A stretch of DNA of 64,000 bases from Macrostomum lignano (lineage: Eukaryota): assembly GCA_002269645.1 (NCBI GenBank), contig NIVC01001518.1, forward strand, positions 186,001-250,000, in the 5' to 3' direction. The first letter of the stretch is position 1, and each line of letters starts with the position of its first letter. A model generated the notes under the pieces. The model made no database searches. It was not told the origin of the DNA and saw nothing but the letters and a program-made list of their open reading frames with translations. Shown piece after piece: positions 12,993 to 23,920 of this stretch. A program made the position numbers and the translations under genes.

Positions 12993-13893
12993 AGTAGAAG
13001 GCATGAGGGGGCTTTTGGGACAAAATTTTTCACGTCCTCCATAATTCCATTAAATCCATCTATATTATCCCCGACAGAATCAGAAAAAAAGGGGGGTCGC
13101 ACTCGCTCACAAAACGTCCTCCATAATCCCATTAAATCCATCCATATTATCCCTGACAGAATCAGAGCATAACAGGTGTCCTACTTGCTCCGAAAACTTC
13201 GAACATAATCCCATTAAATCCATCCATATTATTCCTGAATCAGAGCATAACAGGTGTCGCACTCGCTCACAAAACGTCATCCATAATCCTCCTTCCTCCA
13301 CGACAGAATCAGAGCATAACAAGTGTCCTACATCATCCACTGAAATCCACCCATAGCATCTTCGAAACAATCAGAAAAGAATCTGTATTCTTCTCCACAC
13401 ATTCAATTCGCAACGCATCCCAAAGATTTTAAATCATCAGCGCAGTGTCCTTACCCTTTGAAAAAAATTAAATTCTCAATAAAAATGTTTCCAGTTGTCT
13501 CTCCAGGTTCCTATTATACTCAGCCTCATCCATTGTACAAATCCAAGTACCGATGTAAACTAGAATGCAGCGAGTACATGAGAAAATATTGGCCCGATGT
13601 TCAAATCAATGTCCCTAATATTAATCTAGCTCTCCAAAGACATTGGTTTCATAAGTATGGAGTAACCTATGTAAAAGATTATGACAGCTACTATAACTTT
13701 GCAGAAATCATTAGGCAATTGTGATTTCTTACATTCTCTCAATGATCAACGTCAATACAAACTCTTCACCGTTGAAATCAACGCCCATCCCATCTTCAGT
13801 CTCAAACTGTAGCACAATCTCGTGAATCTCCTTATTACTCAATACAACTCTTTTCACTGGATTTGGTTTCTCTACCACCATCTGTCCTCCAGC
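12993..13893 (+). repeat. Left terminal inverted repeat (~900 bp) with internal repeats (ccataatcccattaaatccatccatattat...acagaatcagagcataacaggtgtc)
   Basis: Its reverse complement is found in pieces at 27597-27772, 29434-29486 and 43579-44131. Confidence 0.85.
13485..13724 (+). CDS. 79-aa Tyr-rich hypothetical protein encoded inside the TIR
   Basis: Homologous intact ORF at 26248-26487(-) differs by many synonymous changes; A-rich leader before the ATG. Confidence 0.75.
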   Translation: MFPVVSPGSYYTQPHPLYKSKYRCKLECSEYMRKYWPDVQINVPNINLALQRHWFHKYGVTYVKDYDSYYNFAEIIRQL

Positions 13894-14592
13894 AACAGAG
13901 TTGGAGATGTTGTACAAAATATTCGTTCGCTTTCCCTTAAATACCCAATCAAGACTGAGATTAGTTCTGATTAGAATATTCAAACCCTTTACAATGTCTG
14001 CTATATTGGGTGCTAAGAACAAACCGCGTACGTTTTCCCGGGCCATGATAACGGCCCCCGTCGCTTGAGTGACAGTCCGCGCTGTGGATTCTGCCTTATA
14101 AACTTTCTTCACGAATCCCAATTCCCTATACCAAGTGTCATCTTTAAACTCAACCTCCGCATCTTTGTGAACTTGCATGACCACTCTCATTACAGTGAGA
14201 TCATAGGTTAGTTTGACAGGGAACAATTTTTTATCTGGCTTACTCGCATCAGGTGTCTCAAAATGGCCTCTTTTAGTAAAGACGTTTTCTAGAAAGTAAT
14301 TGTAGGTATCCACACTTTGCGTGCTCACAGGGAATACCACAGGGTCTGCTGCTGCACCTTTCCAATTGTAATAAAACTTATTATTTGCTGCCGACACATT
14401 GGGAACGTTTGACCAACCAGTGAAGTCGTTAAGATAGACATGGTAATTAGCACCTGGATCCAGGCGAATCGCCTGCTCTAATTTTTGAATAAATATCCCG
14501 TTTGAGTCATTTATTCGCCCAGTTATTGTAATAGGAATGCTCTCCTTGGAGTGCGAAATAATATTATTTAGTCTTTCAGCAATCGCTTCCAT
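13729..14592 (-). CDS. Minor capsid protein (penton-like, single jelly roll)
   Basis: N-terminal F..WSNVPNV...NNKFYY and C-terminal F.TEDG..VDFNGEEFVLTL patterns typical of Polinton minor capsid proteins; adjacent to the MCP; intact 287 aa. Confidence 0.8.
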   Translation of the reverse strand: MEAIAERLNNIISHSKESIPITITGRINDSNGIFIQKLEQAIRLDPGANYHVYLNDFTGWSNVPNVSAANNKFYYNWKGAAADPVVFPVSTQSVDTYNYFLENVFTKRGHFETPDASKPDKKLFPVKLTYDLTVMRVVMQVHKDAEVEFKDDTWYRELGFVKKVYKAESTARTVTQATGAVIMARENVRGLFLAPNIADIVKGLNILIRTNLSLDWVFKGKRTNILYNISNSVAGGQMVVEKPNPVKRVVLSNKEIHEIVLQFETEDGMGVDFNGEEFVLTLIIERM

Positions 14593-14614
14593 TTTTTTTC
14601 ACATAAAAAAATAT

Positions 14615-15901
14615 TTAAACTTTACTGGATGAATTGTTGATCATGTTAAGCTTCACCTTCCTCTCAAATGCATAGATAATGTACAGGTCCACGGGTGTTG
14701 CGGTAGTCCTCTCAATGTTAGTCACGATATTCACAGGGCTGTTATCAGTAGGTATTTGTCTGGCAGACACATCAGCGCCAAACATCGGATATAGAGTTCC
14801 ATATTGAAGAGCAGTGATAGCAATTCCATTGTTCTCTTTCACAGCCAAGTCGACCAACTCACTATAAAATTTGCTAATCTTGTTCTGACTGAAATCTCCA
14901 TTTTGTGGCAGTGCAGGGTAAAGATTATCACTGATTTCATGCTGAATGGACCGCACGTCTCCATGCATGTAGCGTATAATGCTATTTGGGTTTCTCATAT
15001 TAATAATGATATACCTTGGATTGCTGCATGATCCCTCTTTAATGCAGATATTTGTTCTAGTTTCGTTTCGCTCATCTCGACACATGTAGGCTGTGTATGC
15101 AACATCAATGTCCTTCTCTATTGCCTTAAGATAATCCGCTTTTAGTGCAGTCTTTGGCTCAATGACTTCCAAATACAGCTCGATTCCGGTTAGCTTCACC
15201 TCCATCCTTGTGTGGTCCGCCCCAGTCCACAACACTCTACTGCGATCATCTCTAGTCAGTCTAAATGTGTAGCTAAAGTTACTAGTCAGTCGATTAAATG
15301 TATTACAGAATCCACTCATGAATCTCAATGGTACAAATACATCAACAGACCGATACTGCGGGTTCTTAGCAGCATCATCTGCACCTTGCAATGCATAGTT
15401 GTATCTCTTCTTCCTATTTTTATAACCACTGTCATTGATATCTCCTTCTTTTTCGTCTGCAATAAAACCCGCACCACTTCCCAATTGAATAAAATCAGGA
15501 TTCTCAATCAAACAATGAGCGTCATAGACAATTCCAAAGTTGGCGATTCGCTCCAACTCAGTGCTCCCATTCGATACACTAAACTCCTTGAACATGTACG
15601 CCCAAAAGTTACTGATCAGAGCCACATCCGCATCATGCTTGTCAACGTTAGCACGAGCCGCATCCACACCACCCTTTGTCTTGAATTGAAATGTCATATG
15701 GAAGCCGCTCTTAAGACTGTGCACACTAACCAAAGACGAACATCCATTGTATGTAAATGTCAGTGTTTGGCCAGGACCAAGATTAGTTTCATTCTGATTT
15801 TCCTGACTGGGAACTCTTACCTGAGTCGCTTTGATTGTGCTATCATCACTCAAAATAGGCTTGTTAATTTTGTAGAAAACTGGTGTCAGTGGGTCGTTCA
15901 T
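14615..15901 (-). CDS. Major capsid protein (double jelly roll, hexon-like)
   Basis: 428 aa, tandem with the penton gene; patterns VFVPLRF..GFC..F..L, F.LTRDD...L, LYP..P..GDF and YPMFG.DVS resemble Polinton MCPs. Confidence 0.8.
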   Translation of the reverse strand: MNDPLTPVFYKINKPILSDDSTIKATQVRVPSQENQNETNLGPGQTLTFTYNGCSSLVSVHSLKSGFHMTFQFKTKGGVDAARANVDKHDADVALISNFWAYMFKEFSVSNGSTELERIANFGIVYDAHCLIENPDFIQLGSGAGFIADEKEGDINDSGYKNRKKRYNYALQGADDAAKNPQYRSVDVFVPLRFMSGFCNTFNRLTSNFSYTFRLTRDDRSRVLWTGADHTRMEVKLTGIELYLEVIEPKTALKADYLKAIEKDIDVAYTAYMCRDERNETRTNICIKEGSCSNPRYIIINMRNPNSIIRYMHGDVRSIQHEISDNLYPALPQNGDFSQNKISKFYSELVDLAVKENNGIAITALQYGTLYPMFGADVSARQIPTDNSPVNIVTNIERTTATPVDLYIIYAFERKVKLNMINNSSSKV

Positions 15902-15931
15902 TTTTTAACTAAAAATAAAATAAAATAAGAA

Positions 15932-17296
15932 ATGAAGCGAAAAAGTACACAGCAGATATCTGAATTGGAGAAGCTAGCACAAGCAGAGAAACGAGTTACC
16001 GGGCTAATAAATAAGGAGCAACAATCCTACAATGAGTTTGTCCAAGCAGCCACAGAGTTTCATAAACCCGGGTATGGAGAAGCGAAGAAAAACATCGACA
16101 CTGTGAAGGAAGCAATTGATGATATTCAAGAGAGCCAATTGCAAAACACATTGGGTAAAATTCCATCTTCACCGGGACAACCACAGGCTCAGGAACCAGG
16201 ACAACCAGTGCAGATGAAAGTGACGGATAACTTTTTTGGCCCCGTAGTGGATGATGGAAAATATATATTTGGAATTAGCGCTTGGCGAAAAAATATTACC
16301 GGGGAACCGGCGGATTACAACCTTGAAGTGACAAAGGATGATATTTCAATCAATAAAGGCGCAAAAACTAAACGAATCCCCTTCACTCAAAGTTTACTCG
16401 ACTACATGACTAAAAATCAGGAAAAAATATCCGAGAAGCAATTAAAGAATTATAGAGATCTGGTTACCTTCGCTTTAGAGAGGGACATAGACATTCTCAA
16501 GAACAACGGTGTTTTGAAAGTTTTACATGAAAACAGGATTGACTTGAACAGGTTAAGAAAATACAAATACTTTAAACAATGGTTTGGTTTGCCGGATCAA
16601 GAAGAGGTCATAAGACAACAACAGCAGCAACCACAACAGCAGCAACCACAACAGCAACAACCAAAACAACAACTACAACAACCACAACAGCAGCAACCAC
16701 AAACACAACCACAACCACAACAACCTCCACCGCCACAGTAACAAATCACACCCGAACAAGTACTAGAAGCGCTTGAAAAAGCAGGGCCAAATGAGATTTC
16801 CCAGTACAGAAACCAGCGCCCAGATGAATGGCGACAATTAGAACAGTTCTCCCCAGAACGAATGAAGCGAATCAATGACAGAGTATTCACACCTCAACAA
16901 AGACAAGCGCCACATGACAGTTCCTCCTCTGACCAATCATTCGAATCACCTCCAAGCTCTTCCGGAAAAGGCATGCCTGAATTCTACAAGCGGTTAGCTG
17001 TTCTTCTAGGAGCGGCAAAGACTGGAATGAAAGATGAGAATAGAAAAGAGTTCGTTCATATCCTAGACAAAATGCTTGAGAGAAAATATATCGATAAAAG
17101 AGCAAGAGAACTTTTGCTTTCACGGTTTAACAAAAAAATAAATTTCTATTTAAAAAGATGCCAATTATTTTCGAAAAAGACATTGACAAATACTATGACA
17201 AAGAGGAACTTAATCTCATTAAACGCGGATCTGGACTTTTCCCTGCAGGCCACTATCCAAGAAAAGAACGCTCTGGGAATGGCCTTGCCGATTTGA
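15932..17296 (+). pseudogene. Polinton protein with Q/P-rich tract; ORFs 15932-16741 and 16862-17296 are one frame interrupted by a single TAA
   Basis: CCA CAG TAA CAA ATC continues in frame with no further stop into KRLAVLLGAAKTG...EF..ILDKMLE..YI, a motif type seen in conserved Polinton ORFs. The true 3' end is uncertain. Confidence 0.6.
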
Positions 17297-17538
17297 TCGC
17301 TCAGGGGGCCAAGATTTTTAAGGTCATTGGAGAGAACAAAGAGAACATCAAGAACGTTGCCGAAGCGGCTGGCAGTGTAGTCACAGCAGCCAAGAAGATT
17401 AAAGATACGGTTAATGAAACCCAGAAATCAATACCAGATATTCAACCCCTTGCACCGAGTGCAGATAGTGTCGATCCAGCCATCTACGCAAAGATGAGAG
17501 CTGAATATAAGAAAGGAGGCGGTTTTAAATTTGACTAA
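17158..17538 (+). CDS. Small basic putative virion core protein with Gly motifs (GSGL, GNGL, GGGF)
   Basis: Intact 126-aa ORF between capsid and ATPase genes; the Gly motifs resemble adenain-type cleavage sites (inference). Confidence 0.55.
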   Translation: MPIIFEKDIDKYYDKEELNLIKRGSGLFPAGHYPRKERSGNGLADLIAQGAKIFKVIGENKENIKNVAEAAGSVVTAAKKIKDTVNETQKSIPDIQPLAPSADSVDPAIYAKMRAEYKKGGGFKFD

Positions 17539-17733
17539 TTTGGTGCACCCTGACGGTAAAAGAGGTGTGAGGGTGTAGGACTAGTCGGATGTAGGACTAG
17601 TCGAAAAAAGACACACACAACCCGAAAAAAGACACACACATCCCGCAAAGAGACACACATACACATCCCGCAAAGAGACACACGCGTCTTAAATACACAA
17701 GTTTAAAAAGAAAAAGTTTTTTTACATAAAAAA

Positions 17734-18255
17734 ATGGACTTCACAAACGACTTTCATCCCCACTGGACACGCAATCAGATAAAATTTGCTCACAACGAGA
17801 TAATTCCAGGGCACTTCCGATGCATTGTTGTTGGCTCATCTGGGTCAGGGAAAACCTTCAGAGTTTTTAACATGCTCCTCAGACCTGGATTCCTCGATTA
17901 TGACACACTACATATCTATTCACCCACTCTGTATCAAGATGAGTATAAAATGCTAGTAGCGGGCCTACAGAACAAACTCAACAAGGAAGATATTATTCAA
18001 TGTTTTAGACATCAAAAAGACCTCAACAGCAACCCGGAAGTTGCAGCCACCGAACACGCAAAGCACATCCCAGACAATGAAAAATGGCAAAATATTAAAG
18101 TTTTCACTTATGGAGATCCACAGATAGATCCTAAAACTAAACTCTTACCTCAACCTGATGAACTAGAAAAGGGGAGAAAGCACCTGATTGTCTTTGATGA
18201 CTGCATGACCGGTCCCCAGAAACAGATAGAAAATTATTTCACCCAAACCCAATGA
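17734..18255 (+). pseudogene. A32/FtsK-like packaging ATPase, 3'-truncated
   Basis: Walker A VVGSSGSGKT and Walker B LIVFDD; the frame ends at YFTQTQ*, before the expected RH motif. Confidence 0.88.
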
Positions 18256-18404
18256 GATCCTGGCTTATCGGTGGTGTCAAAGTTCATGATGCCGCATTCC
18301 TTTCTTAGAGGAAAATCAGGCAGAGTGTCCCTCATAAATATTCCTCTAAAGTTTGGGATTTCCAGTTCGTTAGCCAAATCTTCAAGAAAGTTATTTGTTG
18401 TCAT
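18234..18404 (-). pseudogene. Adenain-like cysteine protease, N-terminal 56 aa only (not in the ORF track)
   Basis: MTTNNFLEDLANELEIPNFRGIFMRDTLPDFPLRKECGIMNFDTTDKPGSHWVWVK*: FRG.FMRD.LP, ECGI.N.D and GSHW (catalytic His) motifs. Confidence 0.85.
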
Positions 18405-18471
18405 TTTTTATGAGGTTTATTAAACTTTCTCTTAAACCTAAACCCAATCTCCTAATCTCCAGTGCCCGAAT

Positions 18472-21400
18472 CTAACCTCCACCTCCTAAGCCTAATTTCC
18501 GGTGCCCGAACGGTAGACTGTTAATATTGTCATCAAAAATGAATCTCTTGTTATCTGCACCTGACAGTCCAATCTCCTTTTGCTGAATTGTGTGAATAAT
18601 ATGGTTTTTAGATTGTAGCTTTGAGAACTCATGTGATGTCTTTTTGTTGCAATTCAAGGCGTCTCTGTATTCAGCTTCATTAATTTCCTTCCTAACCATA
18701 CGTTTCGGAATTCCCTTTGATTTTTTAATTGGGTCTGACGACTCACATTTTACAAAATAGGACTTTGCTCTCAACCCAATGAATTCAGTGATTATGTCAC
18801 CAGCAATCTCGTCCTTCATTTTCCCAATCACTTTCTTGTTAGTGGCGTCAAACACTTGATCGCCATTCTGTGTCCTGCAAGATTCATCATACTCAGACAA
18901 GTCAAACAAATCTTTTTGCTGCAGCATGTCCTGATAAATGTCTTCTGTTTGAATGTCCATAATAAAACTGTCTGTGTCGGTGTACAAGAGTTTCATTTTA
19001 TCCTTGTACTGCTGCTTCATGCCATAGAAGAACTGGTACATCAGACGTTTTGATTCGTCGAGAACAGTGACACCTGTATAGATCGGCTTGCGCAGCGTCA
19101 CCTTGGTTTTGTAAAATATGATCACACCTAAGTAGCTATTAAAGATATGGAGTTCTTTGAATGTTGGCTTTGACATATTTGCCTGAATAACAGCAGGCTC
19201 TGATGAGGTAACAAGTTTCAGGTTTGTTCTTTTCCGCTCTTTCTCAAGAGTCTTGCCATAGACAGAGTTGTTGGCTAACTTAAAGAGGTTCTTGTCAAAA
19301 TCGTTGGTTGCTTTGGTCCTAAACTGGGTATTCTTATCAATGTAGGGTTTCATCCACGCTTCCTCTGTAAATGTAAGAGCCCTGTGAACTTTGGTGACCC
19401 TGCAACCAAGTGAGATAAAATACTGAAGCAGTTTGTAATGGATTTTGTAACGTGTCTTGTTGTTTAGATTCTGTGTTAGTTTCTCTGTATGTTCTTTTTC
19501 TGTTCCTGACAGGTGCCAAGTTCCATTATTATCATTGGGAGTTTCGATTATTTTCGGGCACTTGATGTTCTCTGGGAAGGGTGGAAAGTCAGAGAAATAG
19601 TCGTGAAGCTCTGGTGGAATGTAAACATCAACCTCATAAATGGCAGCCAATGAAAAGTCCCACTTTAGTTCTGATGAGGGTAGCCATCGAAAATCTCTAA
19701 CTGGAATATCTTGACTCATCGCCCAACCGTAGAGATTATTAGCGTCCAAGTAAGTAATGTAGTTTGAGGGCTGCTCCTTATTGTAAGATTCAATGTAGGG
19801 ATTGTTTGCTTTTGCATACCTGTTAACACAAATTGAGATCCCCCCTCGCTTTGACGATTCGACAAAATTGTACATGTCAATATCTGTAAGAAGTTCAATG
19901 TACCAATCTGGATCTTGATCCCATTTCATTTTAAGCAAAGATTCCCAGCTAGGGGGCAGGCAGAGACACATAATGTGCTGGATCGAGGCCATATGCTGTG
20001 TACCAGGTGTATCTGAAGGTTTCAAACATATCAGCCAGCAGAAAAACATCTGTGAACAGGTAAAGCAGGTGATACTGGAAGAATTTTTTGACAATTAAAG
20101 TAATTATAGACATGCTTTGCGTGCTCATAGTCTTTGTCAGAGATTCCAGAGTCTGTTAGTTTTGAAAAGAACTTCTCCTGTGGTGGTAAACCTTCTTCAA
20201 ATACGTGATAACCAGTAATATTCTCATAGGGGTAGAAGCCTTTCTTTCTTAAAAGTTTAAATGATTCATCAGTGTTGTTAATTTTACTTGCAAACATCTT
20301 TGTATATGTACATTGTTCATCTTTTAGATTCTTGCTTAGTTCGTCTAGACTGGCAGCTAGAAATTGATATGAATCCTTCAGTCTTATTTTACCTGTACCC
20401 GAATTATCCTGTTTAATATCAACACACTTAAACTTCTCCTTGTTCTCTGCGATGCAATCAAGGTGTATGTCTGGAATCATGCCGATTTTTTCAACTATTA
20501 AATGCATGTCATAGTTCTTTGCGTTGTGACAAAATATCGTTAGATCATGAATGTTCGATTTTAGCTTTAGATTACAGGTGTTATGCGCTGCACCTCTAAA
20601 TTTCCCAGTAAAGTGGCAGTGGTCTCTAACGGTCGGGTTTTTAATATTAGTGCAAGTTAAATGTTTCCTGCAGATGTGGCAATGAGTTGCTGATAGGAAA
20701 TTGTTTTCATCCTCCTCAGTCATCATTATTGGAACAGGTTGAAGGGTGCTAATCACTCTTTGCAACTCTAACATTCTGGCAATAAACTGCTCCACACACT
20801 GCTCTCCAAAGAAATAATTATACTCAACAAGTCCTTTTGTAGTAATAAAGGCATATGCTACTGAATTGGGGACATGTTTTTGAGTTTGAGTTTGTTTTTG
20901 AGTTTGTTTTTGTGTTTCCGGCATGATTGAGCATTCGAAATCAGCATATACAACAAATGGGAGCTTCTCCATCTTGTGATAGTTCTTAAACCGGAGATAC
21001 TTCTTTTCAGCTGAAGGAAGAGAGCAGTTTGTTGGGTGATCCTCGCATGATAATTCATGCTCTGCTAGTTTTTCAAAGCGTTCAGGTCCACTGTAATGCT
21101 TAAGGCACAAGCGGCAGATGGCAACAGCCTCGTGATGATTATTCAACTGCTTGTGAATGAGTCTTGAAAGATCTTTAATCCAAACATAGTGAGCCTCCTC
21201 TAGTAAATTACCAATCACTAGAAGATCCACTTCAGTCGGCCTTTTCCCCTCAGGATCTAAAACGTCTTTGCTACATCTGACCGGTTGAACTTTCTCAGTT
21301 TTTTCACTCCACTCAAAGACTGTGATTCTAATTTTGTTATTAAACACTTCTTCTAGCTTTGGGATCTGAGAGATCGCCAAGCCTCCTTTGTCAAACCTGA

Positions 21401-22307
21401 TTCCCTTCTTTTCGCATTCGATGAGATAGTAGTTGAAATAATTTTGATAATTTGAGGTTCTTTCGGGGTGGTGAGGGACACTATCATAAAGAAGTGCAGA
21501 AAGAACTGCCCATAGAGCACAGCAATTGTCTTTATTTTTAACATTTATGCAAGCTTTTTTACCGGCTAGCTTATGCGGGAGCTCTATATAAGAGGAGGCT
21601 TTAAGTGGGTCATATTTCATGACCATGACAGTCGCTCTTTGAATCCCTCCCACGACCCATCCGGAACCTCTGGATGTAAACGCTTCAATTTTCTTAGTGA
21701 CATCTTGAAGGAAAGGATCCAGTGTGTCTGTTGGGGTGAATGGCTTTGCCTTTGTTGTCATGTAATACTCGAGATGCTCAGTGGGTTTCGCAGGCATATA
21801 AAACGCAATCTTGAATTATATCTGTAGTTTAAAGGTCTTGCGTGTTTTGAGTGTGTGATCAACAACTGATTGGATGCTGTCTTTATAGTCGTAGATGTTT
21901 GCGGTGGTATCCTTAATTGGGATTGTGTACTCTATGTAATGTTCTGTAAACTTCCTCTCTTCAATGGCAAGCTCCGACTCTTTTAAATGGATTAATTGCT
22001 CTAATTTCTCTTGTTCCTGCTTATTTTGTGGGTACTTTGCTTTTTCACCAGTGAGAGTTTCGTATTTGTTAACTAAGTTGCGACTCCTCTCTTGGTGTTC
22101 CTTTGCAGGATTTTTTATAGGCGCATACTGGTTGGATTCTAATTGATTGATGATTTCCAACTGTTTTTCATAGCTTCCCAGGTGACCAGGGTCGGTGTTG
22201 AACTTTTGTTTGCATGCTTCTCTTAGTGAATTACTTTTGTCTTAAAATGAGACGCCTTTTGAAAAATGTTTGTTGACTAAATCTTTTGCTGGATTAGCTT
22301 TTGGCAT
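18472..22307 (-). pseudogene. pPolB: Protein-primed family B DNA polymerase, disrupted
   Basis: ExoI YADFE, ExoII HNAKNYD, ExoIII YHLLYLFTD (in a third frame), DANNLYGWAM, KLANNSVYGK and YTDTDS; RDHCHFTG..RGAAH..CN zinc motif. Frameshifts at ~19955, ~20088 and ~22255; in-frame stops at 21816 and near 22240. Confidence 0.95.
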
Positions 22308-22433
22308 TTTTTTCTCTAAAATAAAGAAAAAATTTTTGAGGGTGACCACCCTGATAGAAAAGTTGAACTGTTTCTACATCCTATAAGTAGCGCTAGGTTT
22401 ATAAAGCTGGATAAAGTGGGGTTTTAAACCTCA

Positions 22434-22879
22434 TCACATCCGCATTATTGTAAACCCAGCATTGTGCAGTGTCATGATGGCTTTGACAATGTCAGACTTG
22501 CTTACAGAATTTTCATTCTCACAATCATCACGATCGGGGCAGCCCTCTCCTGCCTTAATTGTTATACCTTTGTCTCTTGCAATCTTTTGCAATTCAAGCT
22601 GGTGGGCCCTATCATTCCCAGCTTTAACAGCAGTTGCTACACCTCCAGCTACACCACCTGCGGCACTTACAGCGCCTGCAATGATCGGAATAAGAGCTGC
22701 TAATGGTAGGATTCCTCCTGACTTTTCATCTGTGATGTTGTGTCTTTGCTCATTACACTCAAGTATTTGCTGTGTGGGATCAACCTTAACTTTGACACCT
22801 TTAATTGATATAAGATCTGGTTCTTTGATTCAATGATTTTATTGAGTTTATTGATGGTTCTAGTTTCAATCTTTGTCAT
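22434..22879 (-). pseudogene. pX/pVI-like precursor with GG|ILPLAALIP amphipathic peptide; one frameshift near 22830 (not in the ORF track)
   Basis: Minus frame reads DEKSGGILPLAALIPIIAGAVSAAGGVAGGVATAVKAG...KIARDKG...FTIMRM*; the ATG at 22879 is in another frame. Confidence 0.7.
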
Positions 22880-22895
22880 TTTTTATTTTAATATT

Positions 22896-23890
22896 TTAAT
22901 TAATTTCCGTGTCAGCTGGTATCACTAGGAGTTCAGCTCTAGTGAATGACCGCGTGGGGGATTTAGGGTTAAAGGCCTGAGATAAAAAGTAATAGTCACC
23001 GGAGTCGGAGGTAAAATGTCTGTCTATTTTATGTACATCAAGGCTGAAGTATGGATCTGTAGCTCTTCTTTTGGTGTCCTTCTCTAGCTCTCCAGGTAGA
23101 TATAAAAAGCGTAGAAACTCAGAGTTTGTCAGTATGTATGGTGATTCAACTCCTGGAAGCTTAGGGTAGTTCGAGGTGTCTGTTCTATGAGATGACTTAA
23201 GTTCGACAGTGTCTTGTTTAATTGCATGGGATGGTTTCAATCCAGTCATGCGTGTGACTTCATTGTTCAGTTGCTCTATAACAGTGGGGAGCCGGTCTGA
23301 CCACTTGTATAGTACTGACCACTTTTTAGTTTCAGCTCTTCAGCTGTCTGCTTAGTGAATAGCCTCTTGGCTAGAGTTAGATTGAATCTTTCCACAAAAG
23401 CCTGGTCTCTGTGTAGCTCAGTTCTTCCATAGCGAATTTTTGTGTCATGCTTATGTAGAAGTGATTTCACTGCACCCATGAATTCATTACCCGGGTCCGT
23501 CATAAAGATTTCAGGGTAACTAAGGGGTGAGTTTTTATAAATATCTTGAAGGGCGGCTGCAACTGCTTCTGATTGTTTAGTCTTCAGCGGTCTTGCTTCC
23601 TTATAGCGGGAGGCAATATCTATAACTGTGAGAGCATACTTGTAACCTGAGTCATTGGGGAGAAACAATAAGTCTGCTTGGTGTGCCTCATTGGGTTTAT
23701 AGATGTTAAAGTGAGGTCTCGTAAATTGAACAGGTGGGAAATAGACTTAAAAGACAGCCTGCTTAGAGAGCCACTTTTCTACTTTAGCTTTTGGTTCCTT
23801 ACTTAGTTCTGCGAGTTTGGTGACGGCATTTTTTCCTACAAAGAATCCTTTGTCACTGTAGTAGAGTTTTTTAAGTTTCTGGTCTGTCAT
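22896..23890 (-). pseudogene. int: Retroviral-like DDE integrase of the Polinton
   Basis: HQADL(L)FLP, TVIDIASRY, MTDPGNEF and VERFNLT; premature TAA near 23747 and a frameshift near 23300. Confidence 0.92.
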
Positions 23891-23920
23891 TTTTTAAAAA
23901 AGAAAGTTTTAAATAAAATA

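Noticed and set aside
22462-22836. Plus-strand ORFs of 124 and 79 aa
   Set aside because: Antisense to the pX-like gene, which carries the recognisable motif.
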